From the NCBI GenBank assembly GCA_964582645.1, contig CAZOTB010000007.1, positions 7,940 to 71,939 of the forward strand: 64,000 bases of DNA. Direction: 5' to 3'. The DNA is from an uncultured Verrucomicrobiota bacterium. GTDB taxonomy: Bacteria; Verrucomicrobiota; Verrucomicrobiia; Palsa-1439; CAZOTB01. The position numbers and the translations under genes are program-made. Positions 36,958 to 48,700 of this stretch are shown here, piece by piece (the stretch's first letter is position 1; each line of letters opens with the position of its first letter). The notes under the pieces are model-generated. The model worked only from the letters and a program-made list of their open reading frames with translations, did not search any database and had not been told where the DNA came from.

Positions 36958-38033
36958 ATGACTCACGAGGAATCGCTTGCCACGACCGGTGAAACCACGG
37001 ACTTGCCTCCCAAGCTGCTTGTGGCGATGGGAGGTCTTGGCCTGATCGCAGTTCTCGCGGCCGTTGACTACTTGCTCGACCCGGAAATCTCCCTGTCGGT
37101 GTTCTAGCTTGTTCCCGGGTGTGTGGTGTTGTGGTTCGCAGGGCCGTGGTATGGGACGATGGTGGCCTTCGTAGGGTGTGGCACGTGGCTGGCGGCGGAG
37201 TTGTTGAGCGGTCCCATTATTCGCATCCGGTATTCCCTTACTGGAATGCTTCGATTCGCCTGATGTTTTTCCTGTTGGTCGTGTTTCTCCTGTCTGTGTT
37301 GCAGCGCCCGAACCAGCGGCTGAAAGAAAGCGTCGTGGCGCTGCGGTCGGAGATCGCGGAGCGTCGGCGTCTCGAAACGGAGATATTGGAAGTCAGTGAG
37401 CGGGAGCAACAACGCATCGGAGAGGATATCCACGACAGCCTTTGCCAGCATCGGGCCGGGACGGCTGTCAGCGCCAGCATGCTCCAATCGAGCCTCACGA
37501 AAAAGTCGCCCGCAGACGGTTCCGCGGTCGGACAGATCGCGCGTCTGATTCACGACGCTGTCGAACACGCCCACCGGCTGGCCCGGGGTCTTTCGCCCGT
37601 CACGTTGGACTCGGAGGGATTGCAGGCGGCGCTCGCGGAACTGGCGTTCAGCGTGGAAAAACTGTTTGGGGTCACCTGCAGTTTCGATTGTACCCAACCC
37701 GTGGCGGTGCCCGATCACACCCGGGCGCTACATCTGTACCGGATCGCGCAAGAAGCGGTGAGCAATGCTATCAAGCACGGCAAGGCCAAAGGCGTTGCGC
37801 TCCGGCTTGCGTCCCGCAACGGCAGCGTGACCTTGACCGTCGAGGATGACGGAGTGGGCATGGCCGAACCTGCGTCGGGAATCCAGGGGATGGGCTTGAA
37901 CACCATGAAACACCGGGCGTATTTGCTGGGCGGGACCTTGGTGTTTGCGAAGGCTGATAACGGCGGGACTCGCGTCGTCTGTTCGTGTCCGCTCATGGAG
38001 GAGGCTCAGGATGTCGGTCAAGCCTCCAATTGA
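36958..38033 (+). pseudogene. NarX/UhpB-type (HisKA_3) sensor histidine kinase, disrupted in the membrane domain
   Basis: In-frame TAG at 37105-37107 within SLSVF*LVP, and a frameshift near 37215. C-terminal core looks intact: EQQRIGEDIHDSL, LYRIAQEAVSNAIKHG, EDDGVG, GMGL. Confidence 0.75.
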
Positions 38034-38470
38034 AAAGGCCAAAGTCCAGGCTCATCGGATCGTCATTGTGGACGACCACCGCATGATGCGCGAACCCATC
38101 GCTCTGCTGCTCGATCAGGAGAGCGATCTCAGCGTCTGCGGCCAGGCCAACGATGCCCGCGAAGCCATCGAGGTGGTGGCGAAAATGAATCCTGATCTGG
38201 TGATCGTGGATTTGGGCCTCAAAGGTCCGCCCAGCCTCGAACTCATCAAGGATATCCGGTCCCAGTTTCCGAGAATCCTGATCCTGGTTCTTACCATGCA
38301 CGACGAACTGCTGTACGCGGAACGCGCGCTCCGCGCGGGCGCGCACGGTTATGTCACCAAACTGGAAGGACCGCAGAAGCTGCTCGAGGCCATGTCGCGT
38401 GCAAACGACTATCCTGCCTGGGCAACGCCAGGTGGCGCGGCTAACACGGAAAGCAATTTATGTTTCGCTT
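38011..38470 (+). pseudogene. NarL/LuxR-type response regulator truncated after the receiver domain
   Basis: IVIVDDH, DLVIVD (phospho-Asp), VLTMHDE, RAGAHGYVTK. No HTH follows, and the frame runs into unrelated sequence. Confidence 0.7.
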
Positions 38471-38562
38471 CATCGCAAACCTTGGCATCACCTTCTTGGT
38501 GTTCATGCTGCTGTTGTGGGCGTGGGAAGAATTCACGAAGCGACGGAAATGAGTGCCTGGCA

Positions 38563-39720
38563 ATGCCCCTGAAGCGTCCCTTCCACCTCCCTTGGCAACG
38601 CAGCGTCGGCGACCGTGTTCCGAGTTGGGTGATGCCCAGGACATTGAATGCAGCATGTGAGCTTGGCGATTTCGTCGGCCAACCGCTGGTGATGACCTAA
38701 TGGTCTCACCCCGACCCGGCCATCGTGGCGGAGCTCGCCCGAGAGTGGCGGGAGGCGTACGTTGCGTTTCAACAACTTCACGTCCACCTGCTGGCGATTA
38801 CCCGCCTCTCCCTGGAAGTCAACGCAGAACTCGAAAGACAACTCTCGCTGCCGTTCCCAATTCTCAGGGACACGCATGGGGATGTCAGTCGTGCTTACGG
38901 TGTGGTCTTGCCCGCATCGGGTGGCGCGAGTCCGAGCAAAGCAGCCGGCAGCAGAACGGTCCTGGTTGATACGAATCTCCGCGTGCTGCGCATTTATGGA
39001 GCAAGCGACTCTGCCGATCAGGTGCGGGCGGCACTGGACTTTTTTCGTGACCATCTGATAGAAACGCCGCCGGCCCGGGTGCTCATGCAAGCCCCCGTAC
39101 TGCTCATTCCGCGCGTTCTGTCTCGAGAACTGTGTGTGGAACTGACCCGACTCTGCAAAACCGAGGGCAATGACGATTCCGGCTTTATGAAACAGGTGGA
39201 TGGCAGGACAGTCGGCGTGTATGACTACGGGCACAAGATACGCCGTGATCATTTTCTGAAGGAAGGTCCAATGCGAACGCGCTTGATGCACATCCTCTAC
39301 CATCGGGTCAAGCCGGAGATCCAGAAAGCCTTCCACTTCGAGGTTACTCGGTTCGAGGACTTTCGCATCGCCTGCTACGAGGCCACGCGTGGGGGCTATT
39401 TTCGCGCGTATCGGGATAACACCACGGACGACACTGCACATCGTCGCTGGGCCATGAGCCTGAACTTGAACGAGGAAGAATACGAGGGCGGCGACCTGCG
39501 ATTTCCCGAATACGGCCCTCATCGGTACCGCCCTCGGACTGGCGAGGCGGTGATTTTTTCCTGCTCATTGCTGCACGAGGCGACCGATGTGACAGCGGGC
39601 CGGCGGTTCGTCTTGCTGTCGTTTCTGTACGGAGAACGCGAGGCACGCCTCCGCGAGGAGACCGCTCGCAACCGAGGCGCGGCTTACCAGACGGCTTACG
39701 CAAACCGGGAGGGGCTGTAG
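38563..39720 (+). pseudogene. Redoxin-domain / 2OG-Fe(II) oxygenase fusion with an in-frame stop
   Basis: VGDRVPSW..GDFVGQPLVMT*WSHP has TAA at 38698-38700 in the same frame as the downstream ORF. Then FPILRD..VSRAYGV, APVLLIPRV, FRAYRDN (the usual H of HxD reads Y), FSCSLLHEA, RRFVLLSF. Confidence 0.7.
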
Positions 39721-39859
39721 CCATGGATTGGCGATGGGGGTATTTCCTGACTCGTCACCGGCACACCTCGGGGCCTGTCGGAGTGTCGGGGCGGTTGGGG
39801 GATCCCCGTTGCCGAATCGGGATTCCCCCCGAGCACATCCTCGCAGCAGGAAGGGAATT

Positions 39860-41116
39860 GTGAACACCACCAAACCGATCGCCATTTACGCCTGCTACTT
39901 TGTCCGCTACCCCCTGGGCGGGCACGTGTTGGCCGAACTGCATCACATTGTCGGCCTGCAACGACTTGGCTTCGAGGTGATCGTGGTCGAGGAAAGCGGC
40001 TCGGCGTGGGCGCCGTGTTATCATCCCCTCCGCAATGAGATGACCCACGATCCCGCCTACGGCATCGAAGTGTTGCGGAACGAACTCCGGCCGTTCGGGC
40101 TCGAGGACAACTGGTGCTTCGTGGACAGCGAGCGCCGGTACCACGGCATCGCGCGGGACCAACTGCGATCGCTCTGCCGCAACGCCGCGTTCCTGTTCAG
40201 CCGCGCGTGCGTGACCTGGTTGGATGAGTTTCACGAATGCCGGACGCGTATCTACGTGGACACGGATCCGGGGTTCACGCAGTACGATCTTCCCGCTGAA
40301 CCCGGTGGCTCGTGCTCGGGCTGGGCGTCGCCCCAGGACTTTCAGTTTCACTTCAGCTACGGGACTCGCATCGGTCGAAACGACTGTGTGATTCCACCCT
40401 GCGGTCTCCGCTGGCTTCCGACCCTCCCTCCGGTGGTGCTGGATCTGTTGCCGTATGAATTCCGCCCGGCCGCCACCAACTTCACCACGGTCATGAACTG
40501 GAACGCTCGCAAGCCGATCGCTTTCCACGGCGTGCCCTACGGCCAGAAGGACGTGGAGTTTCTCCGGTTCCTCGACTTGCCCAAACGATTGCTTGTCCCG
40601 CTCGAAGTCGCCGTCAGCGGGACTGCTTGCCCTGTCGGTGCCTTGCGGGCCGCAGGCTGGATTGTGCGCGAGGCGGGCGAGGTCACAAAGACTGTCGCCA
40701 GCTACGTTGAATTCCTCAAGCAGTCTCGCGGCGAGTGGAGCGTGGCCAAGAACGCCTACGTGCAAACGCGGAGTGGTTGGTTCAGTGAGCGCACGGCCAA
40801 CTACCTTGCCCTCGGCAAACCCGCTGTGGTGCAGGCCACCGGTTTCGAGGAATCCATTCCCTGCGGCGAAGGATTGTTCTGCTTCGATAGCGCGGAGGAA
40901 ATTCAGCCAGCCGTCGCCGCCATCTGTCAAAACTATGAGCGGCAGTCCCGCGCCGCGCGTCGGCTGGCCGAAATGTGCTTCGATTCCGACAAGGTGCTCG
41001 GTGACTTGCTGAGGCGGGCCGGTGTCGCGCTCCCCCACGGAACGGTTCCCATCCGGCGTGCGACCGTGCGAACCGGCCCAGCCGGGCGCGCTGAAGAGCC
41101 CTTGGATACCACGTGA
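39860..41116 (+). CDS. Glycosyltransferase-like protein (GT-B)
   Basis: YPLGGHVLAELHHIVGLQRLGFEV, YVDTDPGFTQ, FTTVMNW, SRGEWSVAKNAYV..RSGWFSERTANYLALGKPAVVQATGF. Confidence 0.75.
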   Translation: MNTTKPIAIYACYFVRYPLGGHVLAELHHIVGLQRLGFEVIVVEESGSAWAPCYHPLRNEMTHDPAYGIEVLRNELRPFGLEDNWCFVDSERRYHGIARDQLRSLCRNAAFLFSRACVTWLDEFHECRTRIYVDTDPGFTQYDLPAEPGGSCSGWASPQDFQFHFSYGTRIGRNDCVIPPCGLRWLPTLPPVVLDLLPYEFRPAATNFTTVMNWNARKPIAFHGVPYGQKDVEFLRFLDLPKRLLVPLEVAVSGTACPVGALRAAGWIVREAGEVTKTVASYVEFLKQSRGEWSVAKNAYVQTRSGWFSERTANYLALGKPAVVQATGFEESIPCGEGLFCFDSAEEIQPAVAAICQNYERQSRAARRLAEMCFDSDKVLGDLLRRAGVALPHGTVPIRRATVRTGPAGRAEEPLDTT

Positions 41117-41222
41117 CCTCCGAAGTCCACCGATTTCTCAGGCGGGCAATGCAGTCCCTTTTCAGGAGGCGGGTCTCGGCTCCCTCTCGACCATCCAGCG
41201 AAACTTTTTCATGGCTTTCCTA

Positions 41223-41251
41223 TTGACTCATCCCTAGTCGTGCTCTAAACA
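41223..41251 (+). promoter_or_regulatory. Possible sigma70 promoter of the giant-protein operon
   Basis: TTGACT-N17-TAAACA in an AT-richer intergenic region; the -10 is imperfect. Confidence 0.35.
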
Positions 41252-41332
41252 AATGCTACTTAGTGCTTTTGGTGACCAGGGCGAGACACCACGAATGCAA
41301 CCAATGATGGGTTTTTGTTGTCCTTAGGAGAC

Positions 41333-44300
41333 ATGAGAGTGCGCACACGAACGCGGTACGGCGAGCAGTCAAAGTTGGCGGCAAGGAGGCTGGAACTGGA
41401 GGCTCTCGAATCCAGGATTTGTCCCTCCACGCTGAATTTCGGCGCCGTCGTCGTTACGCCCAGCGACCCGCTCACCCTCGGCGGCAATAAACTCATTGAA
41501 CTCGCCTCGGGCAAGGCCATCGTCTATGTCACCGAAACCGGCATCGGCGATCCGAACCGGCTCGACGCCGATGACATCGTCGGCATCTCCATCAGCAAGG
41601 GCACCAATCTCACCAGCAACGTGGACATCCACGGCGACATCGTCACCAACCTCAACAAGAACGGCACCCTCAGCGGCGAGAACCGCGACGGCTCCGTCCT
41701 GGTCGCCAAGGCAACCATCCCCGGATTGACGATCAACGGTTCCGTGGATGGCCAAATCCTGGCCACGGGTAACATTGGCGGCCAGGCCCGAATCCTCACC
41801 GAGGAAAGCGGCCTGCTCGACGCCGAGTTTCACATCACCATCACCGGCAGCGCCAACGTCATCGCCAACGGCACCGCTGCGGGCGGACGCGATATTTTTG
41901 CCAACGTCAATGCCATCGTCGCCGGCGTGAACATCGGGCCGGTCACGCTCGAAGCCTTCGAGCAGACCAAAGGCGGACCCAGCATCGCCGGCATTGAAAT
42001 CCAGGCTGCCGAAAGCCTGACACTGATCCAAGCCGGCGACGGCGGACCCGCCGGACGCGGCGGCCAGGTGTTTGACATCCTCATCCAGGGCGCCGGCTCC
42101 CCCTACGCCATTATCGCGGGCGACGGCGGCAGCGCCACCAAACCCGGCGCAGGCGGTTCGATCTTCAATATCATCCAGACCGACGGCAGCGTGAATGGCG
42201 CGATTCTCTACCGCGCCGGCTCCGGCGGCGACGGCTTCACCAAGTCCGGCGGCGCCGGCGGCAGCATTGACACTCTCTCGCTGAACGGCAGTGGCCAGTA
42301 CGCCCTTCTCGCTGGCGAAGGGGGCGAAGGCGGCTCCGATGAGTTCGTTGTCAGCAAGGCTGATGGCGGCATGGGCGGAAACATCCGCGCCATCCGCCTC
42401 GAGAACGGCACCGGCTACACCCTGATCGCGGGCAACGGTGGCGATGGCGACCGCCACGGCGGCCAGGGCGGCTCTGTCTCGCTGTCCAACAACCAGGGCA
42501 ACATTCCCTCGTTGTTCCAGCCCACCTCCGTCGTCAACGCCGACTTTGACAAGGATGGCGACCTCGACTTGCTCGTCCTCAGCGCCACGTCCGACAACTT
42601 CACGATTTACTTCAACGACGGCGACGGCAACTTCGTCCCCCGCGGCATCTTCTCCACCGGGCTCAATCCCCAGCGGGCCGCCATTCTCGACATTGACGGG
42701 GATGACAACCTCGACCTTTTCATCACCAACAAGGACGATGACACCGTGGGCGTCCATCTCGGCAACGGGGATGGCACCTTCGACACGCCTGTCTTTCTCG
42801 ACACCGGCGTTGCGCCCATCGGTGTCGCTCTCGCCCAGGTCAATTCGTTCGGCGATAACTTGTTCGACCTCCTCGTCGTCAACTCCTTCGACCGCACCAT
42901 CAGCATCTTCTTCGGCACGGGTGGCGGTCAGTTCAATCTCAATGGCATCACCACGCTCGACATCGCGACCCTGGGCGATCCGAACGTGCTCCTTGCCACC
43001 GACCTGAACAACGACGGAGTTGCCGACATCGCTGTGGCCAACCCCGACACGCTCAACGCCGACGTGGACAGCGTCTATGTGTTCGTCGGCAACGGGGTGT
43101 TCCTGGGCGGCGACGCCACCTTCAGTGGCCCCACCAATTTCCTGGTCGGCGACCTGCCATCCGCGCTCGCCAGTGGTCTTCTCAACGGAGACGCCCGTCC
43201 GGATCTCGTGACCGCGAACGAAGGCAGCGACAACATCAGCATTCTCTTCGGCAACCCGGCGGTCGTATTCCCCGAGATCGGCTACCAATCCGCCGTCAAC
43301 ATCACCGTCGGCAATGCCCCGAGTGACGTCGGCATCGTCAACCTCAATGGCGGACTGTCCGACCTCGTCGTCGCCAACTCCAGCGACAACACCATCTCCG
43401 TGCTCCTCAACCAGGGCGGTGGCACCTTCGCGACGCCTACCTCGTGGAGCGTCGGTGCCGAGCCGGTTTCGTTGACCACCGGCGATTTCAACGGAGACGG
43501 CAACCAGGATGTGGTCACTGCCAACGCGGGCTCGTTCAACCTGAGCCTTCTGTTCGGCAACGGCGACGGCACCTTCGAGGTCGCCGGCCAGGACACCGCC
43601 GGCGCGATCCTCCAGGCGGGTAGCGGCGGGGACGGCCGCACCGGCAACGGCGGCAATGGCGGAAATCTCGGACTTGCGCCCAACAAGCCCCAGCCAGAAA
43701 TTCAATCGCCCGATGTTGAAATCTCCGCGCTTGGTGGCGCCCTCATGGTCGCTCGCGCCGGCGACGGCGGCGATGGATTCATCAACGGCGGCAAAGGTGG
43801 CACCATCTCCTCCGTAACCCTGCTTGCGGCCGGCAATGTTCTCATCCAGGCCGGCGACGGCGGCCAGGGCCAGACCGGCCAGGGCGGCGACGGCGGACTT
43901 CTCGGGCGCGGTGCACCTTCGTTTGACGTGGCGGTGACCACCGGCGGCGGGAACGCCACGATTCACACCGGTAGCGGTGGCGATGGCGCCACGGCCGGCG
44001 GTAACGGTGGACACCTCACCAACACGCAAGTGGGCAGTGACGGCGACATGGAAGTTGCCACCGGCAGTGGTGGCGACGCTACCGTCTCCGGTCGAGGTGG
44101 AGAATCCGGCAATATCAACAACTCCGAAATCACCTCCGCCGGCCAGACCCTGATCACCACCGGCAAGGGCGGCGACAGCATAGGACAGTCTGGCAGGAAC
44201 GGTGGTTCGCTCCTCAATTCCACCCTGATCATTTCGGGCAGCACGGCCGAGGAGGTGGACGTGCTGATCACCCTCGGCGACGGCGGCAGCGGCACCACCG

Positions 44301-45712
44301 GCGGGGTGGGCGGACAATTTCGCCGCGACGTGATCGAACTAACGCCCACGGGCTTCGAGATGACGGTGCAGATCGAAACCGGCAGCGGCGGCAATGGCAT
44401 CACCAGCGGCGGTGCGGGCGGCGAACTCGAGTTCATCGAACTGACCTCGACCAGCGAAGAGGACAGCTCGCTTACCAACCTCTACGTGGATCTCGGCGCG
44501 GGCGGCGACGCCACCTCAGGAGCCGGCGGCGATGGCGGCTCGCTTTCCGGCCTGCATGTCAGCGGCGTCAACGGCGACCTCGAAATCAACAACGTCACCG
44601 GCGGCAATCATGGCCGGGGCGGCAACGGCCTCTCCGGTGGACGGGGCGGCAGCGTTTCCACCGTGGACCAGATTCCACCCGACGCGACCGAGGGCGGCGA
44701 CGGCGAAATCATCGTCAGCATCGGTGGCACCTTGACCGTGCGCAGTGGCGACGGCGGCAGTGCTACCAGCGGCAACGGCGGACGGGCCGGCGACGTCAGC
44801 GCCATCAAGGGCGAGTTCCAGGGCGTCGTGGACCATGCCGACATCCCCGACACGTCCGGCCTGCGGCTGTTGGCGGGCGCGGGCGGCGCCAGCACTTCCG
44901 GCGCGGGCGGCGCGGGCGGCACCGTGAACAACATTGATGTCGCCAGCCTCGAGACCGAAATCTCCTACGTGGCGGGAGATGGCGGCTCCGGCTCGACCGC
45001 CGGAGGCGCGGGAGGCAATCTCATCCGCCTGACCGGGAATTCGTCCGAGGCGCTGCTCTTCCAGGCCGGCAACGGCGGCAACGCGACCGGCCTCGGCGGG
45101 TTTGGCGGCGCCGGCGGAAACGTGGACGACATTTTCCAGGCCGCCAATCCCGGCCAGTTGATCCGCCAGATCGTGGCGGGCAACGGCGGCGACGCGCTGG
45201 CCCTCGGCGGCATCGGTGGCAACGGCGGCTCGATCAACAAGGTGAACGTCCTGGGCGACATCGGCGATTTTACGTTGACCTATGGCTACAACTCGATGGG
45301 CGGTTTGATCGCAGGCGCCGGTGGCATCGGCCAGACCGCAGACGGCACCAACGGCAGCATCACCAACGTCACGGCCGGTCGCATCGCGGCCATCGTCGCG
45401 GGCACGGCGGTCGGTCCCGTGCCGGTGGCGTTCCTCGACAAGATCACCGCCAACGCCATTGGCGCCAACACCGACCCCAACGATCCGGGCGAGTTTGTGT
45501 TCCCCGCGTTCGACTTCATTGATTTGAACGACGACGGTCTGTACACGCTCGGCGCCGACCCCGACTCCGACCCCGCAGAGACGCCGATTGACGGGTTGAT
45601 TCTGGCGGATGTGATCGGCTCGATCAATCTGCCGCAGGGCGTCCTGCCACTGTTCACGTACGAAGTCAGCAATCCACCTCCGATTGGAAACATTGACCCA
45701 CATCCCGTGTAG
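41333..45712 (+). CDS. Large extracellular protein: LEPR-XLL/Planc_extracel motif, Gly-rich GDGG/GGxGG repeats, central FG-GAP block
   Basis: AGGAG RBS. RRLELEALESRICPS, many AGDGG.G..GG.GG units, and repeated DFDKDGDLDL / DIDGDDNLDL / DLNNDGVADI / DFNGDGNQDV. Confidence 0.85.
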   Translation: MRVRTRTRYGEQSKLAARRLELEALESRICPSTLNFGAVVVTPSDPLTLGGNKLIELASGKAIVYVTETGIGDPNRLDADDIVGISISKGTNLTSNVDIHGDIVTNLNKNGTLSGENRDGSVLVAKATIPGLTINGSVDGQILATGNIGGQARILTEESGLLDAEFHITITGSANVIANGTAAGGRDIFANVNAIVAGVNIGPVTLEAFEQTKGGPSIAGIEIQAAESLTLIQAGDGGPAGRGGQVFDILIQGAGSPYAIIAGDGGSATKPGAGGSIFNIIQTDGSVNGAILYRAGSGGDGFTKSGGAGGSIDTLSLNGSGQYALLAGEGGEGGSDEFVVSKADGGMGGNIRAIRLENGTGYTLIAGNGGDGDRHGGQGGSVSLSNNQGNIPSLFQPTSVVNADFDKDGDLDLLVLSATSDNFTIYFNDGDGNFVPRGIFSTGLNPQRAAILDIDGDDNLDLFITNKDDDTVGVHLGNGDGTFDTPVFLDTGVAPIGVALAQVNSFGDNLFDLLVVNSFDRTISIFFGTGGGQFNLNGITTLDIATLGDPNVLLATDLNNDGVADIAVANPDTLNADVDSVYVFVGNGVFLGGDATFSGPTNFLVGDLPSALASGLLNGDARPDLVTANEGSDNISILFGNPAVVFPEIGYQSAVNITVGNAPSDVGIVNLNGGLSDLVVANSSDNTISVLLNQGGGTFATPTSWSVGAEPVSLTTGDFNGDGNQDVVTANAGSFNLSLLFGNGDGTFEVAGQDTAGAILQAGSGGDGRTGNGGNGGNLGLAPNKPQPEIQSPDVEISALGGALMVARAGDGGDGFINGGKGGTISSVTLLAAGNVLIQAGDGGQGQTGQGGDGGLLGRGAPSFDVAVTTGGGNATIHTGSGGDGATAGGNGGHLTNTQVGSDGDMEVATGSGGDATVSGRGGESGNINNSEITSAGQTLITTGKGGDSIGQSGRNGGSLLNSTLIISGSTAEEVDVLITLGDGGSGTTGGVGGQFRRDVIELTPTGFEMTVQIETGSGGNGITSGGAGGELEFIELTSTSEEDSSLTNLYVDLGAGGDATSGAGGDGGSLSGLHVSGVNGDLEINNVTGGNHGRGGNGLSGGRGGSVSTVDQIPPDATEGGDGEIIVSIGGTLTVRSGDGGSATSGNGGRAGDVSAIKGEFQGVVDHADIPDTSGLRLLAGAGGASTSGAGGAGGTVNNIDVASLETEISYVAGDGGSGSTAGGAGGNLIRLTGNSSEALLFQAGNGGNATGLGGFGGAGGNVDDIFQAANPGQLIRQIVAGNGGDALALGGIGGNGGSINKVNVLGDIGDFTLTYGYNSMGGLIAGAGGIGQTADGTNGSITNVTAGRIAAIVAGTAVGPVPVAFLDKITANAIGANTDPNDPGEFVFPAFDFIDLNDDGLYTLGADPDSDPAETPIDGLILADVIGSINLPQGVLPLFTYEVSNPPPIGNIDPHPV

Positions 45713-45715
45713 AGC

Positions 45716-48700
45716 ATGACGATCCGACCGACATTGATCGCGTTGAGCCTACTCGCAATCCTCTGCGCCAGCCTCGATGCGGCCACCCCCATCTCGCAGC
45801 GCGCGATGAGTTTTGCGGTCACGCCTCCGATTCGCGATCTGCCCGCGCACGAAGGAACGAGGAGCAACTTCATTGTCCCGCTCGGTGTGCCCGGCATCTC
45901 GGCGCCCAGCGCGCAGGAAGTCGTGGCCAGCGCGGTGGCGTTGGCCCAGTCCCCGCACGATCCCGTGGTTCAGAGCACGATGCCCACGCCTCTGACGCCG
46001 GTGCCCAACGTGACTTTTGAGGGATTGAGCTCCAGCGACAACCTGGACGTATTCGGCGGCACCGGTGCGCCTCCCGACACCGTCGGGGACGTCGGACCCG
46101 ACCACTACGTGCAGATGGTGAACACGCTCTTCCGGGTGTTCGACAAGAACACCGGTTTCCCGCTGACACCTCCCACGGCGTTGAGTTCTTTGTATTCGTC
46201 GCTGCCCGGCGCGTGCGCCGACACCGACGATGGCGACCCGATTGTGCTGTACGATCCTCTGGCCGACCGCTGGGTTCTGACTCAGTTCGCGGGTGTGTTC
46301 AGCGGCCCGCCGTTCTTTCAAACCATCGCGGTCTCCCAGACGGGCGATCCGACGGGCGCGTACTTTGTGTATTGCTTCCAGATGCCGAACAGCAAGTTTA
46401 ACGACTACCCGAAATTCGGCGTGTGGCCCGATGCCTACTACATGACCGACAATCAGTTCGCCAGCATCTTTGGCGGGTTCGCCGGCGCGGGTGCGTTTGC
46501 GTTCGACCGCGCCAAGATGCTCGTGGGCGATCCGAGCGCCAGCTTCATCTATTTCGACCTCGAGGATGTGGACCCGAACATCGGGGGAATGCTTCCCTCC
46601 GACCTGGACGGTCCTCCCCCGCCCGACGGCACGCCGAACTACTTCATGTATTTCATCGCCACCGAGCGCGGCGACTCGCTGGATGGGCTGCGGATATTCG
46701 AGTTTGTGCCGAACTTCACCACGCCGGCGTCGTCCACCTTCACGGAACGAGCGGACAGTCCGGTGGCCGTGGCCGCGTTCGACCCTGGTGTGCCCGATGT
46801 GCCGCAGCCGCCGGGTGACGGAACCGCTCTCGATTCCATTCCCGATCGGCTGATGTTCCGGTTGCAGTATCGCAATTTCAGTTCGCACGAGTCGCTGGTC
46901 GTCTGTCACACCGTGGACGCCAACGGCAGCGGCCAGGCTGGTGTACGCTACTATGAACTCCGGCGTCCGCTCCCCGGCGGCGATTTCATCGTCAACGAAC
47001 AGGCCACGTTCGCACCCGACAGCGACGGCCGCTGGATGGGCAGCGCGGCGATGGATGCCTCGGGCAATCTGGCCGTCGGCTACAGCGTCTCGAGCGCCAC
47101 GACGCATCCGGCCATTCGATATGCCGCGCGGCTCGCGACGGATCCGGCGAACGGGTTGTTCCAGGGCGAGGCAATCCTGTTCGAGGGCTCGGGCTCGCAG
47201 ACGGACGGCTTGAACCGCTGGGGCGATTACAGCGCGATGTGCGTTGACCCCGCCGACGATTGCACGTTCTGGTTCACCAGCCAATACATCCCCGAGGACG
47301 GCTCGTTCAACTGGCACACTCGGATCGGCAGTTTCAGCCTCGGCAACTGCGAAGCAGGACCGCGGTTGAGCCTGGCGTTTGACGAAGCGATTGTCTCCGG
47401 TGGCAACGACAACGGATTCGTTGATTCGGGAGAGTGTCTCAATCTCAACATCGTCGCTGGCAACCTGAGCACGAACGAGGTCACCGGCGTCGGCGCCACG
47501 CTGACGACAAGCACTCCCGGCGTCACCATCACCCAGGGAGTGTCGGCCTACGCGGACTTTCCCGCCGAGGGTGTTTCGACCAACCTGACACCGTTCCAGT
47601 TCTGCATCAGCACCAATGTTGCGTGCGGTTCGCAGATCACCTTCTTCCTCACCCTGACCAACGCGATTGGTTCCGCCAGCGTGAACTTCATCCTCGACGT
47701 CGGCATCAGCACCAATGTCGCTGCATTTAACTTCGAGACCGGTCTCCAGGGTGTGACCATCCAGAACGACGGAAACAACCTCTGGCACTTGAGCTCCGGC
47801 CGCGGCGGTCAGCCGGGGCACAGCAAGACCAACTCGATGTATTACGGCCAGGGCGAGACCGGCAGTGGAGGTGGCAATTACAACACCGGCAGCACGAACG
47901 CCCTCGGCTTCGTCGGTTCGCCCAATCGCGGCTCCTTCACGCTGCCACCCCTCAACCTTCTGGGCGTCAACGGCACGGTGCTGATGACTTTCAATCAGTT
48001 CCTCGACCGCGAAACCTCATCACCGAACTACGACATCGCCCGACTGGAAGCGTCCACCGATGGCGGGCAATCGTTCGTGACGGTCGGCGGGCCGTACGCC
48101 TCCACGTCGAAAGTCATCTTGTTCCGCAAGGCGCGCTTCCGCCAGGCCACCGTCAACCTCACCCCGTTCCTCAACAAGGAAGTGATCCTGCGCTTCAGCT
48201 TTGACACCGTGGACAATCAGTCGAATGCGTTCGAAGGCTGGTACGTGGACGACATCGTCATCAAGGCGTTCGCTTGCGCGCTCGATCTGAGCGGCGCAGG
48301 GCAGATTGTATCGCAGGGAACGACCGTCGGCGACAGCACCGGCGTGTTCGCGACCTTCAACGGAATCAACGGTGCGAATCTCCTGACGCAATCGGTGCTG
48401 ACCAACGAACCGCACGGCGACTTCCGATCGTTCGCCGTGGACACCGCAGGCAACGGCATCCAGTCCGTCGCGGTCGCTGCCACGAACAGCGCCGGGCAGG
48501 TCCGTTTCGAGGTGCGCGACGGGAGCACGGGGGCACTGTTGAGTTCGAACGCACTCGCGTTCCTCACCTCGCCGTATCAATCCACCGCCGCCGATGTTTC
48601 GGGCTCCGCAGGCGACGAATTGCTATTTGTTGCGCCCGGTGGTGGAGGCACGGTGTTAAGCGTGGTGGACCCCGCCACCGGCGATGCGACCATGCCGGCC

